DNA of 63,881 nucleotides, filler included, from Intoshia linei (Eukaryota; Animalia; Orthonectida): the NCBI GenBank assembly GCA_001642005.1. It is 4 parts of 4 records of this genome, joined end to end, with 100 filler letters (N's around TTAATTAATTAA, not from the genome) between each part and the next. Parts side by side here need not be neighbours in the genome. Positions count along the whole stretch, not along the records: positions 1 to 16,222 come from LWCA01000878.1; positions 16,323 to 30,391 come from LWCA01000980.1; 2 more parts are not named here. One strand, 5' to 3'. Position numbers and translations under genes: made by a program. Below, one piece after another: positions 13,639-28,800 of this stretch (position 1 is its first letter; every line of letters starts with the position of its first letter). The notes beneath the pieces were generated by a model. The model saw only the letters and a list, made by a program, of their open reading frames with translations, was not told the DNA's origin and ran no database searches.

Positions 13639-14563
13639 ATGTCTACATCTCAAAAACATAGAAATTTCGTTATGGAGCCTATGAGTCTTAAACCCGTCAC
13701 GGAAATAGCAGGTATAGGAGAAGTATTAGGATCAAAATTGATAAATAAAGGATTTTATCAGGTAAATTTAATTTGCATAAGTCATTTATGAATAAAATTG
13801 ATATAATTTAATAATATGAATATAAATTTATGGCAACTTAGCACTTTTAAATTGATTCTATCATCAGAAAACAACAAATTTTTGATAAATTTTCCCGTGT
13901 TATTTTTGGTACTAATTTTAGAAAAAAATAATATTCTTGTAGTACCCAGAGATTGAAACTATTTGATTAAAAGTTATCAATCAATTGAAATTGGTTATTG
14001 GATTTTTTAATCAATATTTCATTTGGAAAATATTAAGTTTGTAAAGTTGACACTTTTGTGTATGTTAACTGGAAATAATTGGACAAGCATCGATTTTTTA
14101 AAAATTTTAGAACTTGTCTATTTAATGTACAAAATAATTTGTAAATAATGTAATTTGAGTTTTTAGGTTGCAATTTATGATTATACTCATGATTTTCATA
14201 ACGTGTTCCGAATTTGTGTTTTCTAAAATTCTTAGATTTTTTTTTTTAAAAAAGGATATTTTGTGGTTTTGACTGTGAAGATGCTAATTTTTATGTTTGA
14301 AATTTATGGCACTGTCAGTTTTTTAAATAAATGGTTACCCACAAACACATTTTTAGAAACTTAATTTATATTCTTTAAGTGTAAGTACTTGGCATATTAC
14401 TAGATTTTATTTTTAGGCTTACATGCTCTTGGGTCAATTTTTAATAATGCAAAAAGACGTAAATATATTTGGTGAATGGCTGAAATTTGAAATAAAAGCC
14501 AATGCTAAACAAGCTTTTGATTGTTCTCAATGTTTAGAAATTTGGTGCAACACGTTCATGTAA
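13639..14563 (+). CDS. BANF1: Barrier-to-autointegration factor (exons 13639-13761, 14417-14563)
   Basis: [35 protein letters not shown]|[27 protein letters not shown]; absent from the ORF track. Confidence 0.95.
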
Positions 14564-15636
14564 ATTGTTTTGGTTTGATGTAGTTATATAAATAAAATAT
14601 GTTATAACGTAAATTTTATCATTCATTACTTGACTATTTTTTTGTACAAAACGCACATTTTCATGTAGATTTTTTATTAATTACATATTATATTAATATT
14701 TTTAATTATGTACATTAGGGTGTCACACCCATCAAAGAATCAAGGGCAATTAGCACTAAAAGTGTGTATTTTTAAAATGGAAAAATTAATTCGCAATCAA
14801 AAGTATTTAACGCTATCTATTCGAGTTGCGTTTGTCATTTTAAATATCACTATAAATATTATAAAGAAATTAAAACTGAACTTTATTTTAACGGAAATCT
14901 GCATTTGAGCTTTTAAACGTGGTACTGCCTTTATAATACTGTTCTCCATGTTTAGTTATACAGTTTATTTTTTTTAAATTTGTTTCTAGCTCAATTTTTT
15001 TGGATTTTATTAACGATTTAATTTCTCGAATTCTGGTTATTTACAGTATAATAAATTCATTCAAATACAAAACATTCACGATTTTGTTAGTCATTTTTGC
15101 AATAAATATGGTCAATACAGAGATTCCATAATATATTAAAATTTATTAGATATTTTTTGTTAAAATAACTTTTAAGTCATTTTTAAGAAGCACAAATTAA
15201 ATTAATCTTTTACAATATATTCATGAAATTTTTTTTCATGATAATTGTATCATAATAATTTTTAATTGCACATTTGTCGATAATTATATTTAAATTTTAT
15301 ATTATTTAATTAAATAAATTTATATTTTTATAGAGTTAATATTATTTGCATGAATTGTTGTTTTAAGATCATGATTGTTTATAATTCGAGTGACTATTAT
15401 TAAGAGATTTAAATTATTTTTCAATTAAAAATAATCCTGTTGAGATTTGTTATTATAAAGTATTATAATCAAAATATTTTCTCTTTTTTTTCTTGGACAA
15501 ATTTATTATTAATCTCGCTTTATAAATACTGCAGCACATATATTAAATATTTTACGCTATTGAATATTTGATTTACGTTCATTATTTTTATATCAATTTC
15601 AATTCAATTTTATTGCAATCTTTTAAAATACCAAAA

Positions 15637-16222
15637 ATGACCACAAGAATTGGAGATATTTTGGTTGGTCCATATGTCGGTTTCATTTTTAATCAAAGAA
15701 AAGTCAAAAAAGAATCAAAACATAATATTGTCATTTTGTGGTATTGCAAGAGAAAGTTTCGATATATATTGTAAAACTGGATTGAATATAATAGGCATTG
15801 AACGTATTTATGTTAAATTAAAATATTTATTTCAAAATTACAAAAATTCATTAAGAAATCCTAATTCTCATGTATCAAACAATTTTAAGCATGATTTAAA
15901 TGCTTTATTTGAGGTTGCCAAATTCGATTCAAAGCAAGACACTTAGTGAAGATATAGATTTTCTCGAGAAGCAAAAAATCGGAACAGGATATATGGCCAG
16001 GGAACAAAATGATAATCCACATAAAAAAGAAATATTGGGTACCAGTAAAAGTGAAAAAACTATTATATTTAAAAAGAAAAATTCGTATGGCCCGTCAATG
16101 TGGATCTTATGGTATAGTCCATCATTTAATTGATATGTCAGCTGAAGAAAATATATTTGAAGAGAAAGATGATTCTAAAATTAATATGTTACGCATATGT
16201 GACTCTAAATTAATTTCAACAC
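15637..16222 (+). pseudogene. Frameshifted, probably transposon-derived ORF
   Basis: Four overlapping short ORFs in shifting frames with no evident splice pattern; ends at an assembly gap. Confidence 0.3.
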
Positions 16223-16322
16223 NNNNNNNNNNNNNNNNNNNNNNNNNNNNNNNNNNNNNNNNNNNNTTAATTAATTAANNNNNNNNNNNNNNNNNNNNNN
16301 NNNNNNNNNNNNNNNNNNNNNN
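16223..16322. other. Assembly gap with TTAATTAATTAA spacer
   Basis: N run, 12-mer, N run, 100 bp in total. Confidence 0.95.
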
Positions 16323-16694
16323 TTTGCTAAAATTTCATTGCATACTACACAAAGAGGTTGATCTTCATTATTTTGAGTTGATGTTGTAAATCCATATTGT
16401 AAAAATGATTTACTGTATCTCTTTTTTCGGTTTTTTGTTTTGTTAGCCAATGTTTTCATTGATATATTAACGTTTTTATAGATCCGTTTTAGTAATAAAG
16501 TAATTAATTAAATTTTATAAATGATAAACGAGATATTCAAATAAGTGATAATTTATAAAAATTTTAATGTAAATATAAATTTATTTATGGATGCATTTAA
16601 ATTTTATACTTCAAAGTTAAAAAAATAACAATGTTAATAAATTTTCTTGCGACCCCAATTTATTTTGACGCGACCCTTAGTTTGAGAAACCCTA
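16323..16694 (-). mobile_element. 5' end of a Buster/Charlie hAT element (BED-finger start plus TIR)
   Basis: KKRYSKSFLQYGFT..PLCVVCNEILA; TIR TAGGGTTTCTCAAAC with subterminal GGGTCGC repeats; truncated by the gap. Confidence 0.8.
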
Positions 16695-16711
16695 GTCTAG
16701 TAGACACTGTT

Positions 16712-17195
16712 TACTTAAATCCAACCATTTTTACTAAAAATCAAAATTTACCAACGCTAAAAGGAAAAATTCAGTTTTAAACAACCCTTAAAGAAAAATT
16801 TTAGTTTTACCAACCTTTAAGGGAAAAATCCAGTTTTACAGAATAGCGGAGTATTCCATAAAAACTCAATATCACAAACAAAACAAAATGAAGTTCTTAA
16901 ATAGAAGATTAGTGATAAACAAGTTATCCTGGAAGCATCAGATTCAATCAAAGTTTTCACGTGAAACCAACGGTTAACCCATATGGTGGAAATACCAAGG
17001 GTTTCCATAGTTTTTTGATATGCCTTGTTTTCGTCAGTCGTATTTGTTTGAATTATACACTGTTTACCTATCTTTTTGCATGTTAAGCACGCTGTTTGCA
17101 TTTTCTTTTTTACATAAAATGTTGGTAAAAGTGGGTTTTCCCATAAGGGTTGGTAAAATTGGGATTTTTAGTAAAAATGGTTGGGTTAAAGAATA
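16712..17195. mobile_element. Element with long, internally repeated inverted arms (foldback-like)
   Basis: ttaaatccaaccatttttactaaaaatc..ttttaccaacc at the left mirrors gttggtaaaa..gatttttagtaaaaatggttgggttaa at the right. Confidence 0.6.
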
Positions 17196-18553
17196 TTCTC
17201 TTAAAAAAATATAATTGGAAATTATCATAAGATCAAAACATTTAATTTGTACACATATAACTTTGATTTCAATGTTATGTATTAATAATGGGTTTTATAT
17301 TTTGTAATTGTAAATTATTAATTAAGAAAACTGGAAAGCTGTTCTACAAAATTTTCTAAAATTTTTGGAAATATTTTGTAATCATTTAAATTTTATTTTA
17401 AACTTGTTTTTGGAGCAGACGATTTTTCAGTGTTGAACACAGTAATAATGGAATAATGGTATAACTAATGTTAAAATTGTAATCATGAATAAATGTATTA
17501 TGAAAAATATATAAAAAAACTGTAAAAAAAGAAATATGGGTATAAATTTTGTTATAAAAATTTATATTATAACGCGGGCCCCACATTGCATAATTGGGAC
17601 CACAAATGACTCGCGGGTCGCATAATGGACACCCTGGTTTAGAATAAAGCAGTGAATTCCAGTTATGATCCCAGTAGCTTTAAAAATTAAAACCGGAAGC
17701 TAGGGTGTGCTAAATTAAATAACAAGGGTACATTTTTTCCAGATAATTTATCATTAATTGTATAATTAATTTAAGTTGCGTATCTGGTCTCAATTTTCGG
17801 TTAACAATGGAAATTTCACCAATTTTGTAAACCTAGAGGAAACAGTACATAACTTTTTGCTGGTGGTTCATTAATATATTTTGATATAGGAGTCACAAAT
17901 TGTGACTCATCTGAATTATTGATCTAATTTATTTGACAGTTAATTTTCCAACATAAAAATTATACTGAATACTAGGTTATCAATTCTTTTCTATTCGATT
18001 TGAATATAATGGATGACGACAATTCACTCAAAGACGATTTAATAGATTTAAAAACGAAATTACCATTTAAATTAGAATTAAATTCAAAAAATGTTATATT
18101 TTTTGGCATCTTTGTTATAATTAATTATCAAAATCAATTTTAGTTTTTTTCTGATAACGTTTTGCATATTTCATTGAGTGACAAATTACCAATATTTTAT
18201 CAAAGTATTAAGAAATGGAATTAAAAATCTACTACATGTAATTGATTTATTTTTTGGAACTTATTTTGTTAACATGTCTTACGCTTTTTTGATGTCTTGT
18301 TTGTTTTTATTTTAGTTCAATATTTTTGCAAATGGGGCTATGTACAGAAATTGAATTAGAATCTGGAAAGACTGAACTAAAGTTTTCTACGATTTTTGAC
18401 AAAAAATTCCGCTGCTGTTATTATTATACAATGTTTAATAAACATCCTATACATTTTTTATTGCTGATATGTGTGTAAATATTTGATCTATTAACGCGTA
18501 AATTATCGTTTAATATTTAATTTTAATTATTAAATAGTGTTGATTCGAATAAA

Positions 18554-19526
18554 ATGCAGGGTAAAACACCGAATGAAATGGGATTCCACGAATTTGAAAA
18601 TAGAATGTAGCCAAACAGAGTACCAGAACAATCTATAACAATTGTCGAATTTATGAATCTATCAAATCGTGATACTATTATAGCAAGTTATTTTAAATAT
18701 GGATCACTATTAGTGGCTAATATTGTATCATTATTAAAAAAAATGCAAAAAATACGTGTAATAATTATGAAAGCAATGAAAATAATTTATTGAATTTGTT
18801 TGATTGCATTGATATTGAATTCAACAAAATTTCCAATTTAAATAGAATCAACAGTTCGGTAGAGCCTAAAATATTACGAACACACTTATTTCCAAATTAT
18901 CTCGATAAAAATATAAAAATTAATAATATAAAAGATGATATAAATTATTCGAAATGTCAAGGATGTTCTTGTTTCTTTATACACTTTTCGAAATTTCGGT
19001 TTTCAGGTAAAATTATTAAATACACTAGAAACTAAATTTATTAATAATAAATTAATAATAATAATAAATTATTATGTACAAATTTATGTAAATTTTGTAT
19101 GTTAAAACAAAAAATTAGGTTCATGAAACGAATGGTATCAAATTTGTAAAGATAAAGAAATGATATTTGGAGATTATTTTGAACACGTCAACGCATGGAA
19201 AAATTATGCCGAAAATAAAGAAAATATATTTCAAAGATTTGACTGCACAGCTTAAACCAAAAATTAAAAAAATTGCTAAATTTTTGGACATTAAAGTGAG
19301 TAAATACATTATATTGCAAATATGTAAAGAATGCTCATTTGAGAATATGAAAAAAAATTACACTAGTCCGTTGAAGGAGAAAATTGGAACAGATAATTAT
19401 TTTCGTTCTGGAAAAGTCGGTTCTTGGAAGGTTGTACATTTGAATAAAACATTATAATTTATGTAGGATTTTATTAACGAAAAACAGAACAAGGAATTAG
19501 ACGAGAGAATAAAATGCGAATTATAA
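18554..19526 (+). pseudogene. Cytosolic sulfotransferase (SULT) pseudogene
   Basis: DTIIASYFKYGS (degenerate YPKSGT loop), PKILRTHL and CSFENMK..FRSGKVGSWK; in-frame TAG at 18608 and frameshifts. Confidence 0.75.
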
Positions 19527-19795
19527 AAAATTGGAAAAATTGTTTATGTTTTGTATTTTATTTGATCATTAAACTCGAATAACCACGTAAACTTTCAATT
19601 GTTTAAAAGCTATTATTTTTGATGAACAAAAAAATTAGTAATTCATAATTAAGACATAATGTAATATTAATAGCTTATTAATATTCATTATTATTACAAT
19701 GTTTAATGAACATTGTTCATGTATAATAATATTTCGACACTTATACAATAGACTTTATTGCATCACCACGGGAATTTATTTATTTTTAAAGATTG

Positions 19796-21137
<1,342 letters not shown>

Positions 21138-21181
21138 GTAAAATCAAGTTTTAATGTATATATTAAATGTAATATTTCCAA

Positions 21182-24100
21182 TTAGGCATATTTTTTTGTG
21201 AATTCGTAATGGAACTGTTTTATTATTTCAAGCATTTCTGTTAATAATTCCTTAGGGGGTAAAATTGTTGTACGGAAGTGGTATGTGTCTGGTTTTTGTC
21301 TAAATTATTTTCATATATATACATTATTATTTTTTTAATTACAAAAATCCAGATCCTGGTACAACACATACACCATGGTTTTCTAGTAACTCCATGCAAT
21401 AGAGACTATCAGGTTCTACTTTTAGTTCTTTAGCTTTTAATATTGCCTTCTCAGGAATTTGAATTTGAGGAAAAGCATACATGGCTCCTAGATTTTTAAA
21501 TATATAAATGATAGTTATAAGGAACCTTTCACTGGATTACACGTGATTCCTTCAATTTCATTTAATTTATCCGTGACCATTTGAGCTTTTAATTTTAATT
21601 CTGATAAAACTGCATCCATATCCTATGTAATTATACTTTAATGATATTATCAATATTTTAATATCTCTAAGATTTACTGGATTAGTCTTACTCAGACTTA
21701 TAATTTATGTAACAAAATTGGATAAAATATGGACAATTTGGAAATCTAAGTACTTATGCATTGATTCTTATCTAAATTAAATGACCCATAAAAAATAAAA
21801 AGTTTATATTTACGAACGGAATAATTTAGCATTGATTGAAAAAGGTTTTTGAGGACTATGTAGTCATTCCAAACTTTTCAAATTTTATGTAGCGAAATAG
21901 ATGTATATTTTAACTACTCATTTCAAAAAGAATAATTTACATTTTAAAAATTTATCACTATTGAATGATACCGAGTATCAGTGACTTAGTAAAGAATAAT
22001 TATTTTTAATACCCTGAAAATTTGTAAACGTAATTTTACACAATTTCTCAACATCATAAAAAGTACTTTCTCAATTTCGATATTTCACTTTAGAGAATTT
22101 CGAATATAATAGCTTAATTACAGCAATAGCTCATTTTTCAGAAAATTCTCATTTAAGCCTAATTTCAAATATAAAAATAGCGATCTGTTAATCATTAAGT
22201 AAATTTTATTTTTAACATTGCAAATTCACAACTAAAATTGAAGTTTTTCACTATTTTACATAATGGGTTAGTATGACCCATTAATGGTGCACATATACCA
22301 TGTTGAAAATCACTGGAATATACAAAGGCTTTCCAACCTTTTCTAAGTTATGGTCGATTTAAGTTCAAAAATATTTCTTAATTGAATTAATGTGAATAAT
22401 TAAGGTTCCATAGAATCTAAACAACTGTATTTTTAAGGAAAATTTGAGTTTTGAATAAAAAAATTTTTTTCATAGGATTTATCTTGGCGTTATATCTGGT
22501 AACGGCTTTTCGCTTTAGACCAGCGTTCGGCAAATTATGGCCCGCAAACAAAAAGTTTGCCGGACTATATTAAGCTAATGTGGAGTACAAATTTTATGGC
22601 ATGTCATAAAATCTCTTTGGTATTCAATTAGATTGCACTATTGCATAATGTTTTTCCAAATATGACACTGTCACACACATGTCAATATTCCGTTTAGTCA
22701 ATAAATATATAGTTGTAAAGAAGAATATTTCAGTTTTTACACATTAGATTAAATTTTCCTACCTCAACCATTATTGAATACAAAAATTGATTATTTTTAA
22801 TTGAATTAAACTGAGGAAAATGATATGAAAATTAATTTTTTAGGTTGATTATATTAAAAATTAAATTAAATATTTTTCCAAAATTTTAGCAATTTACGAA
22901 ATCGATTAAAAGTATTATTTATCAATATTAATAATAGGCTAATTTTTGTTCAAATTTCATCAAATTTTCTTTTATTGTTTGCATAAATATAATTATAAAT
23001 ACGTACAATTTTGATACTTAATAATAAACACAATTAATAATTAAAATGCACTTCAAAAATAATAATTGCTAATTATTCAAATGGAATTCTGACACTTTAA
23101 TAGATAAAAAAAACAATCAAATTTACAAGCCAAAATAGAATTTCATCAATTTAAATTGTTTTATGTGTATTCACGAAATTTGTGCGGCCCGCGTTAGAAA
23201 TAAATTTGCGAAACGCTGCTTTAGACGTATAAAAATAATATATAATAGGGACATAATTCATAAACGTATTTAATTAATAACTGACGGCAGCACATAATAA
23301 AAATGCATATAGTTACAGTATAACTACAATTGTTGACAATTAAATTTAATTAATTAATTATCATCATAATGATCTAAATAAATTTGTGAACAATAGATGT
23401 AAAATTAATGACACAAAAAACATAAATAAATGAGCTAAATTATGATATTAATCAACAATCATTTATTCAAACCTCGATTTAAAATATGATTTTATTTCAT
23501 TTTCATCATAATTGAATTCAGTTAGCATTAAAAATTTATACAAATTTAATATCTCTTAGTAAATCAAAAAGATGCCAATAAATACACATAATAAAATGGA
23601 ATCATCAATGCCGGAAGAAGAATATGATGGATGTCTATTTTCAACAGATTCGGTGATGCCTAAGCCTATTGTACAAATTCCAAAATCCTTTTCATACAAA
23701 ACTACAGGAAACAGTGTTAAACTTACATCCATGGTTCAAGCCGATCAATTATGTTCAACAGGTCAAGCTAAAGTTTTAAATAAAAACAGAACCATTTATA
23801 ATAGACGATTGAAATTAATTTTACACGCTATGAGATGCCTTCAGCAATGTCACATGGAGGAACGTCTGAATGACTGTAGTGTACCATATTGCAACAGTAT
23901 GAAAAACCTTCTTGAGCACGTGTGTGGTTGTAATGATGTAAGAAATTGTAGAATACCTCATTGTTACTCTACTAGATTGGTAATTCTTCACTCTCAAGAA
24001 TGCAATCATCCAGCATGTGTCCATTGTATGTCTTTAAATACATGTATAAAAACAAAATTTTACATTATTTGTGATATCGATATTATATAAACAATAAATT

Positions 24101-27100
24101 TTATTTAAAATTATTGTAAAATCTGTTGTTTTTACATTCATTATAAAAAAACTTATTTTTTGTTATTGATATTATATTAAACTGTGTGCCGCGATAATGT
24201 TTTTATCACATAAAATTTAATTTTGCGTTTTATAATTATGATTATAATCAAAATAATGAAATTTACGATTCAAAAATTAATTATTTCATAAAAATGATGT
24301 CCAAAGAAATGACTACTTTTATTAACACATCAAATGTAGAAACATTTCGCACATAAGTGAAGATTTAATGTACTAATATTCGTAGTGCCGCATCGAAATA
24401 GAAATTCTAAGTGGTCCACAAGAAAAATTTTAAATAACATGAATATAACCTTTTTTTTAAATAATAATAATAAATTAGAATTGTATCGATCATTTATGTA
24501 ATTAATAATATTATTATTAGTGAACGTAAACATCATTTAATCAAAATGAAGTGAAAATTTACTGAATAACGTGAATAATTTTCACATGCGTTAAATTTAA
24601 TCTATGTAACGATTTAACTTAGTTCGATTGTAATTTCCGGAATCGAACCTAGCAAGCCGTCGCCACTTCAAAAATAAAAAAATTTTGTAAACAAATTATA
24701 ATGTCATATAACCTTATCCACTTTTCTAAGACTCTTGAGTAAACATTTTAAATTTAATACTCAAATTAGTTGATATGAATTCAAGAATTTTTTTAATGCT
24801 CAATTTAATAAATTAAAGCCTCTATTTTAAAAAAAAATTCGTCGAGATCCCTCGGTGGAAGGATCTCGCATACGGCACTGGTAGTTCGCAATAAGTATGT
24901 TTTAAATTAAAAATTTTTTTAATTACGTCATTACTACCTTGTCAAAACTAATGTAAAATTTTCGATTTAAAGAGAAATATATAATAAAAAAATCAAAATA
25001 TGACTTTAGTGACGTGTTCAGGTTTAAGGATATTTTTTAAAAAAATTATGTGGTTCACACACATTTTTTTTATGACAAATGGTCCATGGTGGAAAAAGTT
25101 TGAGAATCACTGTTCTAAGGCGAGGTTATTTAGAAAGTTGCCAATATCACAAAATTAGTTGGGTACACTGCAGCATAATCTTATTTTGTAATATATTGTT
25201 ATTGTTTTAAAAAAAAGAGAGTTTGAGACCCGATTCAATTGTATACAAGTAGAGATTATATTCCACCATTTTCTATTTTATTAGATTAATAAAAAAATTT
25301 AATATCGCTGTCCATCATTACCCACACATAAATCTTACCTTAATAATTGTCTTGTCGCAAGACACGAACGACACAGGGAAGTAACATTTTTAAAATGTTG
25401 GAACCTCTAATATGTGACCAATATATTAATATAGTATTAAAAATCAAAAAGGTACATTATAATATTGATTGAAAGATATTTCATCTTTCTTTGGTGGATT
25501 AACTAGTAAATCAATGACACTTTGACTAATTGTGGAAGGGCAAAGATTAACTGACAAAACTTTTTTAATCATGTTCCATGTGAAATCACTAGCATTATAC
25601 AATTCACAATAACCACCTCTAAGTCCACATTCACCAAAATACCCTATAGAATTAATATACAAAAATTCCAATTGACTGAAACCTTTTGAGATTGAATGAA
25701 ATGAAGCCAATGTAATTGGCAAGCCTAATTCCTTTACAACGGATTTCATGGAATAAAATTTCAAATTTTTGTCGTAAACATTGTATTGGTATACCTAAAT
25801 ACATGTTTAAAAATGCCAAATTGCCATCAACCTCATCTGAGAGAATAATTAAATTATTTTTATAAGCAAATTGAACAATTTTAACTAAATTTTCTAACGT
25901 GAGAACATTTCCGGTGGGGTTTCCCGGGTTTATCACGACAATTGCACGTGGAGTACATTTAGCTTTATGTTGTTCCAAAGACCTTTCCAATTCCTCAATT
26001 TCCATTGACCATCCATTACTTTCATTCAAATAATACGGGATAGATTTCATATTATATTCATCTAATTAAAAACAATATTAAGTGGAATTAGATACATACC
26101 TATGCTTGCCGAATATAAAGGATATTGCGGTACAGGTATCTAATTTTAATTGAAAATTTTTAAGTGAAAAATACCATTATGCCCGACTGTTTGACATTTT
26201 TGGAACCGATTAATAAAGTCAACATGGTCCTAATGGCTGCACTTGCTCCAGCAGATAAAAATACATGCTCGCTTTGAAATCCATCATCCATATCTACAAC
26301 GCCACTTATACTTTCTGATTGGTTTTTTAAAATGTTCTGTATGTCTTTAGATAATTCACCGTGACCCTTTGCGTCCCTTTCGTGAATGTATGTTTGTACA
26401 TTTTGAGATATTCGAGCAATTCCCGTAGAATTTGTATAGGCACCCATACTCTTTCCATCCATAGAGTCTACTATTTCTTTGGCACGTAAAACCACATCAG
26501 AGGGCAAATAATTTAATGCTTCTCGATGATTAGACTCCAAACTTAAAAGTGATATTGCCGATATCATTTGTCGAACATATGTAAATGGTTTCTGACCCAT
26601 TGCCTGAGCATCTCCAATGTTTGCTCTTATTGTGCGACTGAAGGCATATTTTCCTTCTTTCTTATTCTTTAAATCTTTTTCAATTTCTATTGCTCTGCTA
26701 GGTATAGGCCCTATAAATTATATAATTATTAGATAAACTATATATTATAAACTTATGAGTTATGGATTACTGCATAAACGGTGATAAAGTCTAGGACATA
26801 CTTAACGTGGTAATGAAGGAATTTACTTATCAATATCAAATAGTCATCTACAGTAGGGTTTCTCAACCTTTTTTTAGAATCGCCCCTAAGCCCATAATTC
26901 ACAGATATTTTTTTAAATCGTCCCTCCATACTCCATAAATAATTTGTTATAGTTACTCAATTTTTTAAAGAATCGATTTATAGAACCAATAATTCTCTTA
27001 AAAAAATTGTAATACTTTTGTTTGTATGTCTTTGATTAGTGTGTTTTTTTACTTATTAGTCATCCATTCCTTTCTTAGCTCGTCGTTCTGAAACTGGGAA

Positions 27101-27570
27101 AAGTCAAGAATGTAAATTTTTAATTAAAATATTTTAAATAGACCTTGAATAAAATCTCATTTTAAAATTTCAATTTGAAATAAAATGATATATTGCATTA
27201 TGATCAGATTTATTACCCACGGCCGCACATAAACGCTCTCATGGCCGCACGTTGTGCACTCCTGCTATAAGGGATACGTAGGGAGTACGACTGTATTTGA
27301 TTTAACTGCTATACTTAATCAAGGTTAGAGTGTAATAAAAATGTATGTTATCTTTCATTTAAACTTTAAGGTCATTTAATGTGAATATTTGAGTGTAAAT
27401 AAAACCGTCATTTCCTTACTATTATAAAACTATTTTTGAATGAATGAAACTTCAAATAGGGTACATAAACAAATTGAATTGTAACCTCTAACAGCATACT
27501 GTAGTTTGACAACATTTTCATTGATATTTTTATCCGTAATCCCTACAGGAGCTAATTTTTTGCAAGTCAT
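21182..27570 (-). CDS. GPT: Alanine aminotransferase; 3.8-kb intron at 21623-25455
   Basis: [43 protein letters not shown]-lysine [15 protein letters not shown], then GAMYAFP and YHFRTTILP in exons 21182-21622; an in-frame upstream ATG at 27615 is possible. Confidence 0.93.
22521..23218. mobile_element. hAT MITE (698 bp) in the ALT intron
   Basis: TIR CAGCGTTCGGCAAATT / AATTTGCGAAACGCTG; perfect 8-bp TSD CTTTAGAC with central TA. Confidence 0.9.
23572..24090 (+). CDS. Stand-alone TAZ zinc-finger protein (CBP/p300 TAZ1-like), intronless, nested antisense in the ALT intron
   Basis: [50 protein letters not shown] gives three HCCC sets colinear with TAZ1; own ATG and stop, with AATAAA just downstream. 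Confidence 0.85.
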   Translation: MPINTHNKMESSMPEEEYDGCLFSTDSVMPKPIVQIPKSFSYKTTGNSVKLTSMVQADQLCSTGQAKVLNKNRTIYNRRLKLILHAMRCLQQCHMEERLNDCSVPYCNSMKNLLEHVCGCNDVRNCRIPHCYSTRLVILHSQECNHPACVHCMSLNTCIKTKFYIICDIDII

Positions 27571-28727
27571 GATTCTAAATACATTTACACATGTAACTTT
27601 ATCTAAAATAATCATTTTAAGGAATTACTTTTTCTTTAATGTGCTAAGTCTTTTGATATTTATTTTATTAAAAGATTTTGACAATAACATGGGTTAACTA
27701 AATTGTGCATTAAATATGAATTATATGATATATTTAATTATACTTTTGCAAGGACATTTATAAAACTGATGTTTTATTATGATTTTATATTGTTTTAATA
27801 ATACTTAATAATTCAGGATTTGCACTATTAAATCTATAAATTTAATAACTATTTGTATTAATAAATTTTCAGAATGATAAATGCAATTGTAAATATACTG
27901 TGTGTAACTATTTGCAAACTTTATTAAAATATGTTAAATCTGTTTATGACGCAACCATCTTTTATATTGGGGACACGTTGCAAAATTTAATTATTGTTAC
28001 TTTTGCAGATAAAGATGATTGTTTTGATTTACCGAATATGCTCAATTTACAGAATTGCAAACTCAATGTATTTGTTAGCTATGATATTAACCGATGGCTA
28101 GACAGCGTCGCATTTTATGATATTTGAATACAGTGTATTTATATTATCCTAAAAGCGATATGTATTTCGTACAAATGGTATTTAGTTATCTCTACTTGAC
28201 AGTATTCAGCGCTGTGTTTTTTTTATATTGCTCTTATTTTATTTTTTACTACATTTACTGAGGATCCTGATCCATCATATTATAATTTATAATCTTTATC
28301 CTATTGTTTTTCTGTGCTTTTAGGGATATATTTTGAATCAACTTACTTGTTATAATGTTACCGATACTAAAAATCTACGATTTTAGTAATTTACATTATT
28401 ATATTTACTTTATTATGAAAACTAATAATTTTTATAACATGTAAATCGACATAATAATGACTAAAAATTTGATCTAATATTCTTGAATATATTCATAAAA
28501 AATTTAATCAATAATTTTTTAATAATTTTGATTCATTTATTCAGCGGCCAAAAAATGAGTACCGTGGTTTGCGATTTTGACCAACCTGATGTATAAGATA
28601 CCTGACATCAAAATATGGATCATTTTACTAAAAAGCTGTTTTATTAAAAATTTATTTTACGTTTTTGTTCTGATATTTATACATAATTATAAAATCATAA
28701 GTATTTATTTTGTATGTGAATTATATT

Positions 28728-28800
28728 TGCAAATATGACCATATTAAATGCAAACATGACTATATCAAATACAAACATGACCTTATTTAATGCAAACATA
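28728..28800. repeat. 21-bp minisatellite, about 3.5 copies
   Basis: tgcaaatatgaccatattaaa / tgcaaacatgactatatcaaa / tacaaacatgaccttatttaa / tgcaaacata. Confidence 0.7.

Noticed and set aside
16267-16278. TTAATTAATTAA palindrome inside all three N gaps
   Set aside because: Artificial scaffolding spacer with stops in all six frames; not biological.
18009-18478. Possible small spliced gene upstream of the SULT relic, and exon-like pieces at 27870-30210
   Set aside because: No stop-free model could be built and no motif was recognised.
24620-24655. tRNA B-box-like GGTTCGATTCC on the minus strand
   Set aside because: No T-stem or cloverleaf; it is part of a local inverted repeat in a probable MITE.
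26748-26760. TAAACTTATGAGT resembling the U12 snRNA 5' end
   Set aside because: The following AAGGA branch-pairing sequence and the rest of U12 are absent.
28728-28800. Short regular repeats as a CRISPR array
   Set aside because: Head-to-tail with no spacers, no cas genes, and a eukaryotic context.
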